From the IMG/VR virus record IMGVR_UViG_3300042342_001925, positions 1 through 24,215 of that record: a DNA stretch of 24,215 nt; one strand, 5' to 3'. The first letter of the stretch is position 1; each line of letters begins with the position of its first letter. The notes under the pieces were generated by a model. It saw nothing but the letters and a program-made list of their open reading frames with translations. It ran no database searches and was not told the DNA's origin. A program made the position numbers and the translations under genes. Below, piece after piece: positions 23,593 through 24,215 of this stretch. The DNA is from a virus (Duplodnaviria > Caudoviricetes).

Positions 23593-24215
23593 TTGTTATT
23601 CTCCAAATAATAGTTAAGGTCTTCAGGTGTTCCTATGCCCCACATTTTTGGCACTTCTTTAATCCTAATTTTTTTACCATCCTGTATTGCTTCGTTAAAT
23701 ACAGGGCATACATAAAATTCATTATTGGTACGGATGTTTTTTTCAATCATCTGATTTGCGTATTTGACATAATCTGAACCATGTTTCCAGTAGTAAATGC
23801 CAACAGTAGCATTATCCGAGATTGGGTTCTTTTCTGCCACCTCATTCACAAGACCATCATCACCGAGCTTTGCATAAGACCACTTCGGATGCGTTGCCTT
23901 GAATGTAAGGATTCCACCGTCAACCCCTTCTGCACCAAATGCATAGAGGCACTCATTACTATCCCAATCAACTATCTGGTCGGAGTTTGCCATAAGTAAT
24001 GGCTCGTCGTTATCTATTAAGCCAGATGCAAGTAGCGTTGTGCACGCAGCTCCTTCTGTCATTCCGTCAACTAAAACAATGTCGCACCCTGGCTTGATTA
24101 ATCCAAGAACCTGTTTGAGATTATATTTCTCATAATGTTCTTTTTGAACTAAGAAAATAAAGTGAGCATCAACATTAAGGTTCTCAACAACCACCTGAAT
24201 CATTGGCTTCCCGTT
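23589..24215 (-). CDS. sugar-phosphate nucleotidyltransferase (partial; 5' end outside window)
   Basis: Frame open to the window edge (NGKPMIQ); TEGAACT, ANSDQ, KWSY, AEKNPIS..ATVGIYYW, EFYVCPVFN, GIGTPEDL. Confidence 0.9.
   Translation of the reverse strand, partial: NGKPMIQVVVENLNVDAHFIFLVQKEHYEKYNLKQVLGLIKPGCDIVLVDGMTEGAACTTLLASGLIDNDEPLLMANSDQIVDWDSNECLYAFGAEGVDGGILTFKATHPKWSYAKLGDDGLVNEVAEKNPISDNATVGIYYWKHGSDYVKYANQMIEKNIRTNNEFYVCPVFNEAIQDGKKIRIKEVPKMWGIGTPEDLNYYLENNK

Overview
This 24 kb window looks like part of a large dsDNA phage (or prophage-like element) of Actinobacteria, most likely freshwater. The evidence is dense small genes with ATGA/GTGA overlaps, a WhiB regulator, TANNNT promoters with leaderless starts, and an LPETG sortase substrate. 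No capsid, tail, terminase, tRNA, rRNA, IS or CRISPR feature was seen. Gene modules in order: (i) an early-type block with a MoxR-like AAA+ ATPase and a HExxH/AT-hook/VWA partner; (ii) a replication block with an initiator C-terminal domain, a G39P-like helicase loader/inhibitor, tandem RHH genes and a candidate origin at about 5.6-6.2 kb; (iii) whiB, a GT60-like GlcNAc transferase, a PnuC-like gene, an Ntn-hydrolase, a metallophosphoesterase, wHTH genes, an FkbM-like methyltransferase and a 2OG-Fe(II) oxygenase; (iv) a minus-strand block with sugar-modification genes, two large Thr/Pro-rich surface proteins, an M15 peptidase endolysin and holin-like genes. The most striking signals not explained by these genes are regulatory. 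There are six same-strand copies of an asymmetric 13-mer CGGTGGYGGAAGW, all seen in the first 6.5 kb (stoperator/iteron-like). There are two multi-hairpin candidate sRNAs whose loops display CCCCUUUC, complementary to the GAAAGGG(G) ribosome-binding sites of early genes. There is also a palindromic TAGAT-N2-ATCTA box in five intergenic regions. All functional calls come from motifs read by eye; no database searches were run.
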